A DNA stretch of 64,000 nucleotides, taken from Histomonas meleagridis 2922-C6/04-290x (taxonomy: Eukaryota > Protista > Parabasalia). Below are positions 43,871-55,174 of this stretch, one piece after another (positions within the stretch are counted from its first letter, which is position 1; each line of letters starts with the position of its first letter). The notes beneath the pieces are model-generated. The model made no database searches. It worked only from the letters and a program-made list of their open reading frames with translations, and was not told the DNA's origin. The position numbers and the translations under genes were made by a program. The stretch spans positions 1 through 64,000 of the forward strand of contig JAANOX010000230.1 of NCBI GenBank assembly GCA_020184695.1. The letters run 5' to 3'.

Positions 43871-44036
43871 GAGCTAACCGACAAAAGATAAAAAAACGTT
43901 ATAATAAAACCGTTAATGATCCGCCGTTAAAAACCAAGAAAAACAAAAATATCCTTTGGATAAAGTCACACAGAGTATTCCAACAAAAAAACTACAATTC
44001 ATTATTTTTTGCAAACAGTTTTTAATAACATTTTTG

Positions 44037-46533
44037 TTAATTTTCTTCTTCTTCTTCATTTCGGAATGCTTCCTTCTCAAGCTGTTCAAACGTTTCTAAA
44101 TCATCGTCTGGTTCTTGTAGCTGGTTCACATTTGTGATGTCTGGATAGATCTGTTCATTTTCTTCTTCCTCTTCTTCTTCTGGAACAAGTATTATTAACC
44201 TATCTATGTCACTATATTCTTCCTCTGGCTCTGATTGATCACTGTTTTTTCTTTCGCTTTCAGATTCTTCTTCATATTCAACCTGCTTATTTTGTGCCAT
44301 TTTTTCTTCTTCTTCATATTCCTTTTCATCTTCTTCATTTTCCTCTTCTTCTGGGATTAAAATCAATAGTTTGTCGATATCATTTTCGTCGTCAGATATT
44401 TCTTTTTTACTTTCTTCTTCTTCAAAGTCGAATGTTTGCCTTATGTATTCAATTACCTTTTGTCTCTTATATCTAAACGCAATATCTGCAAAATTTTTTC
44501 CTTCATTGTTATAAGAGTTCACTTCAAAATGATTTGTACTTAACAAAAACTTAAGCATATCCGGGTTCATAAGTCTTGCAGCAAGATGCAATGCTGTGTT
44601 TCCTTTGTTATCTGTATCTTTGCAGTTTGCATTTTTCCCAACCAGTGTCTTAACGAACTCCAACTGACCGTTTAAAACCGCTAACAAAAGTGGCGTTAAA
44701 CCGTCGTTGTCTTTTTCAGAGAGTTTACATTCGCCGGTTGCAATCAAATCGTGGAACATTTCCTCGGACCAGTTCTCGATTGCTATGTGTAATGGCGTTT
44801 GACCTTTTTTATTCTTTAAGTTTAAGTCTGTTTCTTGAAATTGAAGTAAAGTTTGAACAAATGTTAATTGCATGTTTTTGATTGCCAAATGAAGAGGCGC
44901 ATTTCCATAATTATCAACATGATTTAGTTGAATTTCATTATCACTTAAATCGAGGAAGAAGAAAAATGAATCTTCTTTTCCCCATATGATTGAAACTTCA
45001 AATGGTGTTTGACCAAAGTTATTCTCTTTGTTAATGTACTTACTTCCTTTGTCATATAATAACTCTAACATTTGAACATTTTCCATTTGAGCCGCAAAGT
45101 GAATTGGATTCCAACCATTTAGGTTTGGTGTAAACAATTCAATTTTCTTATCGTTCCTGAAAAGTAATTCAATCATTTGAAGTGAATTGTTCTTAACGGC
45201 TTCAATCAGGAGTGAATTTCCCTCATTCGTTGTAGTGTTCAAGTCAGCATTCTGATTAATTAGAATTTGGACGCACGAAATATTATCTGTTTGAACTGCT
45301 TTCATTAGTGGGGTATATCCACATTTACATTTTATGTTAAGATTAATGTTTTCAAGGCTAACAAGAAATTTAACGATGATATCCATTCCATTTGATACAG
45401 CAAGATGAAGAGGAGTATTCCCATTATCATCTTGAATATTTATATCTTGACCTTTAGTAAGTAAGAACTTAACACAAGATAAATTACCATATTCGCATGC
45501 ATAATGAAATGGAGTTTTAAAAAATTAAATGAAATTCCGTTTCTATCGGTCTGGCCAAATAAGTTCAGATTTAAACCGTCAAGAAAACGAAGAACGTTAA
45601 GATGACCGTTAATAGCCGCAATATGACTTAAGTTTCTTGAATTTTTATCAAGCAATGAAAAAGAATTCTTTGCTTGTTTCTGCAATAAAGACAAAACCTC
45701 AACACAACCACAAGACGCAGCGAAATGTATAATTTTCCATTGAGCGAAATTTTGTTGATCACATAAATCTTCAAAATTTTCAAGAAGAAAACGAATTGTT
45801 TCGATAGAATTAGTTTCACATGCTATCTGGACAATGTGCATTATATCTTTCGGTTCCAAATTGTTGACTTCTTTGAGCTGTAAAATGTAATTAATTGCGT
45901 TGATGCATTTGTATTTGATCGCATAAAAAAGAGGTTTGAAATTGTTGCAATTTTTGGATGAGAGATCATCTCCGCGTTCATGGAATAGCTTCAGCATGTC
46001 AACGTTTCCACAAGACGCGGCGAAATGTGATGGAGTGAAGCCATTTGAATTCGGGATGCAAACATCAACTTGTTGTGAACAAATAAATTGCGCTATAGAA
46101 AAACGATTATACATCGCGGCGTAATGTAATGCTGTGTTTCCTTCTTTGTCTGTTAGTTTGAGATAGTTTAAATTCTTGCAGAAATATTTGAAAATTGATA
46201 GATTACCACCAGCTGCTGCAAAATGAATGGGATGTCTAAAAATTATAAACAAACATTAAAAAATAGAATATGACATTGGAATCAAAAAATAAACTCTAAA
46301 AGATAAAAATAAATATCAAGTTCATAAATATTTGCCTTTTTTGTAAGGAACGTAAAACAATGTGTCGATCCATAAAAAGCTGCAACCATTATAGGTGTTG
46401 GATTATCTTGAAGCATTATTGGTGTATCTTCAGGAATCAGACATTTTTCAAATGTTTCATGCCTAATGCTTAAAAGGTGTGATAAATTATCTTGCCTAAT
46501 TGTTTCGTAAAGCATTTGGAATTTGGAAAACAT
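44037..46533 (-). CDS. Multi-ankyrin-repeat protein with acidic C-terminus, split into three frames by two short insertions
   Basis: ORFs 46282..46533, 45440..46252 and 44037..45386 join into one continuous ankyrin protein if 46241-46308 (68 nt) and a 17-nt insert (~45520-45536) are removed. Confidence 0.75.
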
Positions 46534-46774
46534 TTTAGGGGAATCTTGAGCTGCGGATGTGATTCAGCACTTTTATTGACGATTAAAATGGGTTCAAAGT
46601 TTACTATCGTTCAAACATGGCAACTCTTTCCAAATATCTTTATTCTGCCCAGCAATTTTTTTTTTCAGGAATAAATGCTTTGGAAAACATTAATAAATGT
46701 GTCGAAAAAATAGGAAATTACTTTTGATGAATAAGAAGAAAAAAATTATCAAATACATCACTTGGTAGATTTAT

Positions 46775-47212
46775 TTAAACCTCAAGACGAGTGTGAATGG
46801 AGCGAATAATGGGGCCGTTTCCGTTGATTTTTGTGATTTCTTCATGGGCCTTTAAGAGAAGGTTGCAATCATATGTGCATTTTGGTTTGCCATCAACAAT
46901 TTCACGTTCGGCAAATCCACGATAAACGAACTTCATCAAAGTATCTCGTTCATCATCAGTTAATTCTTTAATAGCGCCAGCGAGTTTAGCTGATTCAATA
47001 GAACAAAGTATTGAGCAAACTGCTTTTGCAGCTGCATCCTTTGCTTGTGTCATCTTTTGAGCTTGTGCTTCTTTGCTATCGCTTTTTTCGATAACATGTT
47101 TTGGACGAACTGGCATTTCCTGTAAAACAATTTTAAGAGCCTTTCCTGGGCTGGCACGTACTTGACCTTTGGCTTCCTCGGCGCGTTGGTTTATTGTGTC
47201 AACGTAAGACAT
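46775..47212 (-). CDS. ARPC5: Arp2/3 complex subunit 5 (p16-Arc)
   Basis: AIKELTDDERDTLMKFVYRGF...LLLKAHEEITKINGNGPIIRSIHTR matches the ARPC5 C-terminus. Confidence 0.88.
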   Translation of the reverse strand: MSYVDTINQRAEEAKGQVRASPGKALKIVLQEMPVRPKHVIEKSDSKEAQAQKMTQAKDAAAKAVCSILCSIESAKLAGAIKELTDDERDTLMKFVYRGFAEREIVDGKPKCTYDCNLLLKAHEEITKINGNGPIIRSIHTRLEV

Positions 47213-47475
47213 CTTAAATATGAATTATTCAATTTTTCTAAAAAACCGCTTTTTATTACAAAATCCGTTTTGCTTGTCCTCGTCACTTTTGAATAAAATT
47301 CTGATAAATGTTTTCTAATCGAATATTTCGCTCTTTAGTTTTTTTATTATAAAGAATCGACTGATTTATGGTATATTTTGAATGTGTTACGCATAATTAA
47401 TTTGAAACGAAATAAGTAATGTTTTCAATATTTCTTCAAGTTATTTTTGTTGAAGTTTTCGGCGAACGGATTGAT

Positions 47476-47504
47476 AGCGGTTATAACGGTTATGGTCTCC
47501 CTTT
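47476..47504 (+). promoter_or_regulatory. Trichomonad-type core promoter of RPS29: two M3-like motifs and an M5-like CCTTT
   Basis: AGCGGTTA (47476-47483) and AACGGTTA (47485-47492) fit the T. vaginalis M3 consensus DRCSGTTD. CCTTT at 47500-47504 sits 7 nt before the ATG. Confidence 0.6.
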
Positions 47505-47510
47505 TTACAA

Positions 47511-47684
47511 ATGCCAGCAAACTTTGTTCCAAAACACAACCGTGATCATGCTAAGGGTTCTTTTGAACGTGGATGCCGTTGCTGCCAACGCCGTCGTGGT
47601 GTTATTCGCTCATATGGAATTAACATGTGCCGTAGATGCTTCCGTGAACGTGCTGGACTTCTTGGTTTCAAGAAATATGATTAA
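47511..47684 (+). CDS. RPS29: 40S ribosomal protein S29 (uS14), 57 aa, below the ORF-track cutoff
   Basis: [57 protein letters not shown], with the zinc-finger CxxC...CRRCFRE. Confidence 0.95.
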   Translation: MPANFVPKHNRDHAKGSFERGCRCCQRRRGVIRSYGINMCRRCFRERAGLLGFKKYD

Positions 47685-48003
47685 AACAGACGCAACTGAG
47701 CAATAATTTTTTAAACCTACTCATAACAAATAATTTTTTTTATCAATGCATTCTTTTAAATAATATTTAATATTACAAAAATTTATTACTTACTCACATT
47801 TCCCTAATCAGTTATTAATCTTAACAATGAAAAACATGATTTAATTAAAATTAACTTATTAAAGTCTAATTAAATATTTAATGAATTAATAACAATTTTT
47901 GATTTTTATATTTATCGGATATAACCTAAAGCCAAAGGTAAACAAACATATGAATTGAAAATGTTTATAGACAACTTGAAAAAGATTAAATTTTAAAATT
48001 ACA

Positions 48004-49221
48004 TTAATTTTTAAATAATTCTCCGTTAAATAGCAAATGTAGAATTGAGTTAAATGTCTTAATATCGCAAACAGCCGCTGTTTCGCGGATTGTATTTAGT
48101 CCAAGAATTGGAAATCCAATTTCCATAACATGTGTTCCTAAATTATTCATCAAATTTTTACCCATTGAGCATTCAAGAGTTTCTTCATCTTTTATCTGTA
48201 CATTATTTAATTTAAAAGATTTGGCCATAGAAATGATTTTGTTAATAAGCATCTGATCACATGCAAACTTATTAGAAGGACTTTGCACGTAAAATACGCC
48301 ACTCCCTAATGGTATGTTAGAAACTTCATTTGTATGATTTGGTGCCGAACCTGGAATTCGACTAACAGAAATTATTGACACTTTCCTGAACGACCGTTTA
48401 TCAATGCCGATACGTGTCAAAACCGTTTCAATGAAGTTCGTTTTTTCGTTTTCACTGGTGATATAAAGAGAACGGAAGCCATCAGTCGGAGGTTCCGAAG
48501 AAATAAGTTCCATCAAACTAAGGATACTAGGAACTGATGTGCTTATTCTTTGCGAATTTAAAAATTCGTCGTTGATTCCAACTTTTGCTGCTTTTTCGGC
48601 AGATACAATCGAAATATCAAAATCTATAATATCTGATACATTGCAAGAACATTCTTTAGCAATTATTTCTAATAATTTTGGTGAAACAATATTATTTGTT
48701 GGATCTGAAAAATTAACACTTATCACTGAGTTAAAATGTTTTTCTAAATCAAAATTAGTTGTAATTGAATTATGTGATAGATGCGATGCAATTGAAGGTA
48801 TTTCTGTGACAGTTGAATCACAATGAATAAGTTTTGATTCTTTTTTCCCATTTTTTTGGAATAAAACTTTCCCTGAGATTGTCAGATCTCTGTCAAGCCA
48901 GGAAAACCATAACCCAAGTCCGTGTGGTGCAAGGATAAGTTGCTCACAATTTTTAATAATATGTGTATTTGGTTTAATTTTGAAACATGGTGAATCTCCA
49001 TTTACAGCGACAATCAATCCATTATTTGTGTTTGCCACTTTAAAAATTGCAATACTCTCATTGAGATGACAAATAAAAAATTTATCTGGGATTGTATTCC
49101 ATTCATCATTTTCGTTCAACTCAACATAATCGGAACCTAAAAGTAGATTCTTTGAAATTTCTACTAAATGTGCAATTGTAGGAGTTTTATCGATATATGA
49201 TAAGATGTCCATTTTTGGCAC
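48004..49221 (-). CDS. M18 (aspartyl aminopeptidase)-like protein, metal ligands apparently lost
   Basis: DSPCFKIKP, LWFSWLDRDLTISGKV, IPSIASHL and IGFPILGLNTIRE follow the M18 layout. Confidence 0.8.
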   Translation of the reverse strand: MPKMDILSYIDKTPTIAHLVEISKNLLLGSDYVELNENDEWNTIPDKFFICHLNESIAIFKVANTNNGLIVAVNGDSPCFKIKPNTHIIKNCEQLILAPHGLGLWFSWLDRDLTISGKVLFQKNGKKESKLIHCDSTVTEIPSIASHLSHNSITTNFDLEKHFNSVISVNFSDPTNNIVSPKLLEIIAKECSCNVSDIIDFDISIVSAEKAAKVGINDEFLNSQRISTSVPSILSLMELISSEPPTDGFRSLYITSENEKTNFIETVLTRIGIDKRSFRKVSIISVSRIPGSAPNHTNEVSNIPLGSGVFYVQSPSNKFACDQMLINKIISMAKSFKLNNVQIKDEETLECSMGKNLMNNLGTHVMEIGFPILGLNTIRETAAVCDIKTFNSILHLLFNGELFKN

Positions 49222-49286
49222 TTTTGATATTCATTATTAACGTTCGCTGCATCAAGAAACAACGATGCGAATAAACCATTAAATTT

Positions 49287-49796
49287 TTGACGCTTTATGA
49301 AAAGTGCATAAATTGGCCTACAAAAGGAAAAATGAACAACTTCACAGAAACTGAGTTTAAATTTTGTAAAGCTTTTATAGACAAACTCATGGCACATCCT
49401 CTCTCAAAAGAGTACTTAAGACCAGTAGATACTAAACAAAATCCAGACTATCTTTCTATTATTCAAGAACCTATGGATCTTGGAACAATAAAAAGTAAGC
49501 TCGAAAAAAGGCAATACAAAAGCCCAGATGACTTTCGGTATGACGTAAAACTTGTTTGGTTAAATTCCAAAACATATTTACACAAAAATAAAACTCATTT
49601 ACTATTTCAGGTTGCAACGAAAATGGAAGCAAAATGTAAAAAAGCATTGAAGAAGATTCCAAAAACACCCGAAGATGAATGGTATTTAAAGCTTGAAAAA
49701 GCAAATCGTCGATTACAAAAATTTTTAGCAAACCCTCATCCAGGGTCACGCCTTGTTCCAAGAAGCCCTTCGCTATCAATTTCAGATAAGGACTAG
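49287..49796 (+). CDS. Bromodomain protein
   Basis: HPLSKEYLRPVD...PDYLSIIQEPMDLGTIKSKL...Y...F..DVKLVWLNSKTY. The first ATG is at 49332; the ORF track opens at a TTG. Confidence 0.9.
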   Translation: MTLYEKCINWPTKGKMNNFTETEFKFCKAFIDKLMAHPLSKEYLRPVDTKQNPDYLSIIQEPMDLGTIKSKLEKRQYKSPDDFRYDVKLVWLNSKTYLHKNKTHLLFQVATKMEAKCKKALKKIPKTPEDEWYLKLEKANRRLQKFLANPHPGSRLVPRSPSLSISDKD

Positions 49797-49906
49797 AATA
49801 AAAATGTATTCAATGAATTTTTTGTTTTAAAATATTTAAACACGAATTTTTAAACTACGCTTTAGTTTTGAGAGTTAAAGAAGACAAATTGTGATTCAAA
49901 CAACAT

Positions 49907-50290
49907 CTAATTTTCATTCATTAAAAGACATAACTCTTTTGACAGTGCATCGTTTTCTTCTTTTAATGACTCAATTTCGTTTGTAAGTATATTGATTTCT
50001 TTTTGGTGTTTATCAGCTTTTCTAATTAATTTTGACAAAAATGCAATATTATGTTCATATGTTTTTGTGAGTTCTGCTGACTTACAAACAACACCGCATG
50101 CCTCCTGAAATGTTATTGGAATAGATTTTATGAAAACATAAAATTTGTTATTTAATTCAATAACTTCAATATCTTTTGGCTCAACACCCATTGATTCAAC
50201 AATTGCATCAGAAATGGCATCATTTAATGGATCTCCTGTCACAAATAACCCAGGGACTGCAACGAAAATCGAGTTTGATTTTTCTCCCAT
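49907..50290 (-). CDS. Hypothetical protein with C-terminal coiled coil
   Basis: 127-aa ATG ORF. Confidence 0.55.
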   Translation of the reverse strand: MGEKSNSIFVAVPGLFVTGDPLNDAISDAIVESMGVEPKDIEVIELNNKFYVFIKSIPITFQEACGVVCKSAELTKTYEHNIAFLSKLIRKADKHQKEINILTNEIESLKEENDALSKELCLLMNEN

Positions 50291-50349
50291 TTAATTTTCG
50301 ACGTTGAAATCCGATTTTAAACGTTCTTCAAAAGTTATCATTGTTGTAA

Positions 50350-51024
50350 ATGGACGTATTCTTCGTTTTTTCAACATTAGCAATGCTCATAAATATCGGT
50401 CTGATTTGCATTAACCTTCTGCTTGGAGGTAATGCTCCTCGAGGAAAATCATGTAAATTATTTGACATAACAAAATTGCTCCTTATTCCTTCAATATCGA
50501 TAGTTTGGCTTCAAATAACACACGACGTTAATTGGAAAGTAATTGTGTTCGGTATATTTTGTTGGCTAGGAGATTTATTCCTCCTTTTCCCAAAATTAAA
50601 ATATACAATAATAGGAGGATTATGTTTTGCAATAGGTCATCTTTCCATCAATTTGTTCTTTGATATTCATTGGAAATCTGTTTCTAAATTAATCTTATCA
50701 TTAATAATTCCAATTCCATTAATCAATGTATTATATTTTGTATCCAAATCTAGCCTTACAAATATGCTGAACCTTGCTTTCTTATCATATTATTTACTCC
50801 TTAATTTCAATTTGGCTTCATCAGCTGCAAGGTGCTATATTTACCCAATTTTCCATCCATCGTTCATTCTATGCTTCGTTGGATACTGTTTCTTTGTTGT
50901 TTCCGATTCTTTCCTTCTGCTTCATGCAATGGGTGTTGATAAGAATCCAAGAAGATTCGGAATCATGTCAACATATTCAGTTGCACAAGTTCTAATCCAC
51001 CTTGGTGCAGCACTTGCAATATAA
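50350..51024 (+). CDS. YhhN/TMEM86 family (lysoplasmalogenase-like) membrane protein
   Basis: Multiple TM helices with FCWLGDLFLL, GGLCFAIGHL, FFVVSDSFL and IMSTYSVAQVLI motifs. Confidence 0.8.
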   Translation: MDVFFVFSTLAMLINIGLICINLLLGGNAPRGKSCKLFDITKLLLIPSISIVWLQITHDVNWKVIVFGIFCWLGDLFLLFPKLKYTIIGGLCFAIGHLSINLFFDIHWKSVSKLILSLIIPIPLINVLYFVSKSSLTNMLNLAFLSYYLLLNFNLASSAARCYIYPIFHPSFILCFVGYCFFVVSDSFLLLHAMGVDKNPRRFGIMSTYSVAQVLIHLGAALAI

Positions 51025-51803
51025 TTTTCACAAAATGTTCACTCAAATTCACCCTTAAAAATTTTAATATAACATAAATTTTATTTTTTTGAAGTACCCG
51101 TTGGTACAAATTAAGTGTTATGGAATATTAGAAATTTTTTGGATCAAAAAAATTTGGCCAAAACGCGATTATAAAGGAAAAGATTGAATGGATGTATGTA
51201 AAATAACATTTTGACTGGCCCAAACCGTCGTTATTCGATGCGTGAGTATTTTGTATGCAATCTACGGGCGTTCTGCCACAACCCTTCTTTTATTTTTGCT
51301 TTTGGAAAACCACTCCTCCTGCCATGATGTAATTATGCTTCACATCTATTGTGCTACGCTGTAGCGGTTTTTTGAATGTCCTCTCAATTCATGACGATCC
51401 CAACATAAAAACGGAATCGTTATAAAAAAAGGATATGTATTCGATTTGTTCAGAACCGACCGATTATTTATTCAAAACGTATTTATCGGATAATGTCATT
51501 TGACATTATTGAATCACATTCGTATTCAATTAACCGATTTGACCGATATCGTTGGCACTTTTATTTTTCTCGTTTTGATAAAAAACTGAGTCAGTGGTCA
51601 TTATGATATTTAGTTAAATTTTATTACAATACAGAAGTAATTATTGCACTTTAGGTATCTTGTTATATTTATATTTTTTAAATGTACAACAAGAAATTCC
51701 ATTTTTTAGATAAGTGAAGTGAAAAATTTGGCAAGATTTAGGTATGGGATTGAAAATAAAAAATTTAAATGGTTTATGAATTGTTTTCATACTCGTTTTC
51801 CAA

Positions 51804-53669
51804 ATGGGTGTATTTGCATCAATACGCCAAAATATATCACGTATCATATCTTTGTTTTTGCCGCCAATAATTGTAGTGATTTCATACTTTTATTATGATA
51901 CAAGAAGGGTTCCTGAAATCTTCAAAGAAATTCCTGTTGATGATAATACAATATTTGATCATAACACAGATCCAATTTGGATTGCTCATCTCACAGACCT
52001 TCATGTTTCACCAATCCATCCTAATTCATGTAAGAGACTTGGCAATTCTCTTGAACATATTAAAAATGTTGTCAAGCCTATTTACACAGTAATAACAGGA
52101 GATATCACAGATAACCTAGATGAAGAAGATGTTTTTTCAGCAGGATACCCACATGAAGATCATTGGATATTATACAAAAAAATTCGTGATGCTTCAGGAA
52201 TGAATGGCTCTGATCTTATCGAAATCCTTGGCAATCATGATACGTGGGCTCGTGCTTCATTTCAACCAAAATATTATCAATATTTATTAAATCCAATCGG
52301 AATGTTTTATGCTAAATCATATATAAAAGGAGGGCTTAGAGTTGTTGCATTCAGTCCTATTGATTTTCCCTCAGGACATTCAGCATGGCATTACATTCTT
52401 CCCATGAAACCAAAAATGCTTGATGAACTCGAAATTGAACTCGATAATGATAAGAGCGCAATGTACACCATAGTTGCTGTTCATTTTTCAACCGAAATGA
52501 TGTATCCACTTGATAATGTCAGATCAACAATATCTAATCGAACTTTTGCCGAAATCCTCAGTGACAAAAGTTATAACATAGTTACTCTTTTAAATGGTCA
52601 TTCACACCCACATCACGACTTCGAGAGTCGACATTATGGAAAAACGATAGAAATCACAGGAACTTCACTCATGACGATGGACGGTTACGGAATACTTTCA
52701 ATAGATAACGGTCGCGTCAATTACAAAAAACATTATTCGAATGAAACAGATGTCGCAATACTCACATTCCCTACACCCGATGAAATTGCCGCGACTACAA
52801 TGGCATTCGAAAGTTTCCAGATTCGTGTTGTTTCATTTTCTGAAAAACTCAAGAATTTCCATGTTTCGGGTGATGTAACAGGAGACTTAGTATTTAATAG
52901 AAAAGTCGGAAGAAATGGGTATTTGTATACAATGAACACGTACCTTGAAAAAGGTAAACATTCAATTACAATTTCTGGAGATTTGAATGAAACATGTAAT
53001 TTTTCAATTGGCGTCACTGGTGGTCCAGTTGTACATGAAAGAACCATTGATTATAATGTTCATTCAGTTGTGTTTTTCTTTTGGTTTTCCATTATATATC
53101 AAATTCTTGTTATCGCATCAATGTTTATTCCACAGAAAATTTCAAACAAATTTGAGAACACTTTTCAAAGGCATACAATTTTGAGAATTTTACTTGCGCC
53201 CGTTTATATCGGAACGTTATTAAGGAAATCTTTGGTTTCTATTTTGTTAATCATCTGGCTGATATTATCAGTATTTGCCACACCAATTTCTTTTACACAA
53301 ATTGAAGGTCAAAACGGGTTCATTTCAATTTATGGAGTTCATTTAGGAAAATCATTTTCATATGATATTGTTTCACAACATATGGGTCTTATTGTGATGT
53401 TTTTGAGCGTTACTACATTCGAATGTTTGTTTGCTATGCTTGAGTATCAGGTTAGTTTTGGAATGATTTTCGATATTGCATTTGGTGTATTGGTTGCAAA
53501 TGTTTCCACACATCTTTTGGCTATGAAATATTTGTTTGATAAGGCAATATCGCCATGGTTTGGAATTTCTGTGCAGTTCCATGTGATACCACTTTTGTAC
53601 CAAATCATTTTTGTATTTCGATTTGTTGCGAAAATTTTAAGCCGGAAAAAACATGAAAAAACACACTAA
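51804..53669 (+). CDS. Calcineurin-like metallophosphoesterase membrane protein (TMEM62-like)
   Basis: HLTDLHVS, VITGDITDN, ILGNHD and LNGHSH motifs, an N-terminal anchor and several C-terminal TM helices. Confidence 0.85.
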   Translation: MGVFASIRQNISRIISLFLPPIIVVISYFYYDTRRVPEIFKEIPVDDNTIFDHNTDPIWIAHLTDLHVSPIHPNSCKRLGNSLEHIKNVVKPIYTVITGDITDNLDEEDVFSAGYPHEDHWILYKKIRDASGMNGSDLIEILGNHDTWARASFQPKYYQYLLNPIGMFYAKSYIKGGLRVVAFSPIDFPSGHSAWHYILPMKPKMLDELEIELDNDKSAMYTIVAVHFSTEMMYPLDNVRSTISNRTFAEILSDKSYNIVTLLNGHSHPHHDFESRHYGKTIEITGTSLMTMDGYGILSIDNGRVNYKKHYSNETDVAILTFPTPDEIAATTMAFESFQIRVVSFSEKLKNFHVSGDVTGDLVFNRKVGRNGYLYTMNTYLEKGKHSITISGDLNETCNFSIGVTGGPVVHERTIDYNVHSVVFFFWFSIIYQILVIASMFIPQKISNKFENTFQRHTILRILLAPVYIGTLLRKSLVSILLIIWLILSVFATPISFTQIEGQNGFISIYGVHLGKSFSYDIVSQHMGLIVMFLSVTTFECLFAMLEYQVSFGMIFDIAFGVLVANVSTHLLAMKYLFDKAISPWFGISVQFHVIPLLYQIIFVFRFVAKILSRKKHEKTH

Positions 53670-55174
53670 ACCTATGTTTATGGTTTTTATTTTTTAATAT
53701 GATGTTTTTGAGTGACATAATGTTATTGATATTCTTGGAAATATCAGTACTGATTGGGCTATTTTTAGTTTTAAAAGAACTTGACATATTCTAATTTTTT
53801 TATGAATTTTAAATATAACATATGATGTATTTTATTATATATATATATAACCAATTCTGGATGGGTGTTTGTGTTAATATTTTCATTTTTTTGTATTAAA
53901 AATGATCGGTACCATTCAGTTGTATAACAATTTCGAAATTAAATAAACTATTCAAAATTGTAGACATTTGGTTAAGCTTCATTTATATATATAAGAGTCC
54001 CAGTCTGGACCCAAAGTAATTGTGAATTAACGTTAGGTTGGAAGGTCATAAAAAACAGGTCAATTTACTTAGAGCCGCCTGTATTTATCAATCAGATTTA
54101 ACAAACTTTTGTGATAATGATGCTGAGATCAATGAGTAAACACCATCCAAATATGCTACTTATAATTGAGAAGCATTAACGAATAAAATGATGAAAAATT
54201 TATGATTTTAAATTATAGTTAGTTCAATGAAGCACAATTTTTTATAACCTATAATAAATAAATAATTAAATATTAAAATATATATTATGAATGTATGGCA
54301 TATATATTCTATATTGATAAAGATATTTACATTTTATATCAAGTATATAACTGACAAATTGAATACGATGTGGGACAAAAATTTTTGTGTTTTATATTAA
54401 ATTAGAAGTAAAGTTGAAGTGATCCTTTAACGTATAATTTCAGTGAAAAAGTCCACCCTGTCTCAGAAATCAGAAAAAAATTACCTGATATGCTAAAGGT
54501 ATCATTTTTTTAGATCATATTTATAGAAATGCCATGATAAAAACTAAGTTAGTTTTTGTCCTATATTTTTAAGGATTAAAATGATGAGAACGACGAGATA
54601 ATTTTATTCTATTCAGTGTCAAACGACCGTTTAGAGAATAAAAACTGTTTGTTTTAAATATCATTACCTTCTTATATAATGTTTATGAGATTTGTGGTAA
54701 AATAAATTTTAAAGATTGAACATTTAGGTTAACTTATATTCCCTTTTAGATCTTATAAAATAAAGGTAGTGAATAAGTAAATTGTTTTTTGTTAACATAT
54801 TTATTTTATTTAAATGAATTTTTTGACTAAATTATTGGTTTGAAGAGTTTCATAATTATAAAATTGAATATTGATGTTATCCAAATATAAAATATATCAT
54901 TTCAATTTATTCTTCATCAATATCATTACCCTATTAAATATAAATAAAACAATTTCGTAAAAATCAAGATCTAATATAACTATTTGGAATGAATAACAAA
55001 TCACGCCCACGATTAGATTTATACCTAATATCTTTTTTCAGTTTTAAAAATCATTGATGAAACGATATATACGAATCGTAAAAATCGAAAGTCAATGTTG
55101 ACAATATTATGAAAAAGTATTAAAGACCGTTTAAAGTTGGCGAATTCTCAGAAGTTTATTATTCACTTTTAAAG

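Noticed and set aside
47419-47706. 95-aa ORF in the track
   Set aside because: It is an alternative frame overlapping the real RPS29 gene (47511-47684).
49287-49331. Systematic UUG initiation (bromodomain and Rab frames open at TTG)
   Set aside because: There are only two cases, both in T-runs of an assembly with demonstrable homopolymer errors, and both have downstream ATGs.
51200-51440. GC-richer intergenic patch as a possible snRNA or snoRNA
   Set aside because: No U1/U2/U4/U5/U6 signature or convincing C/D box pair was recognised by eye; a covariance-model search would be needed.
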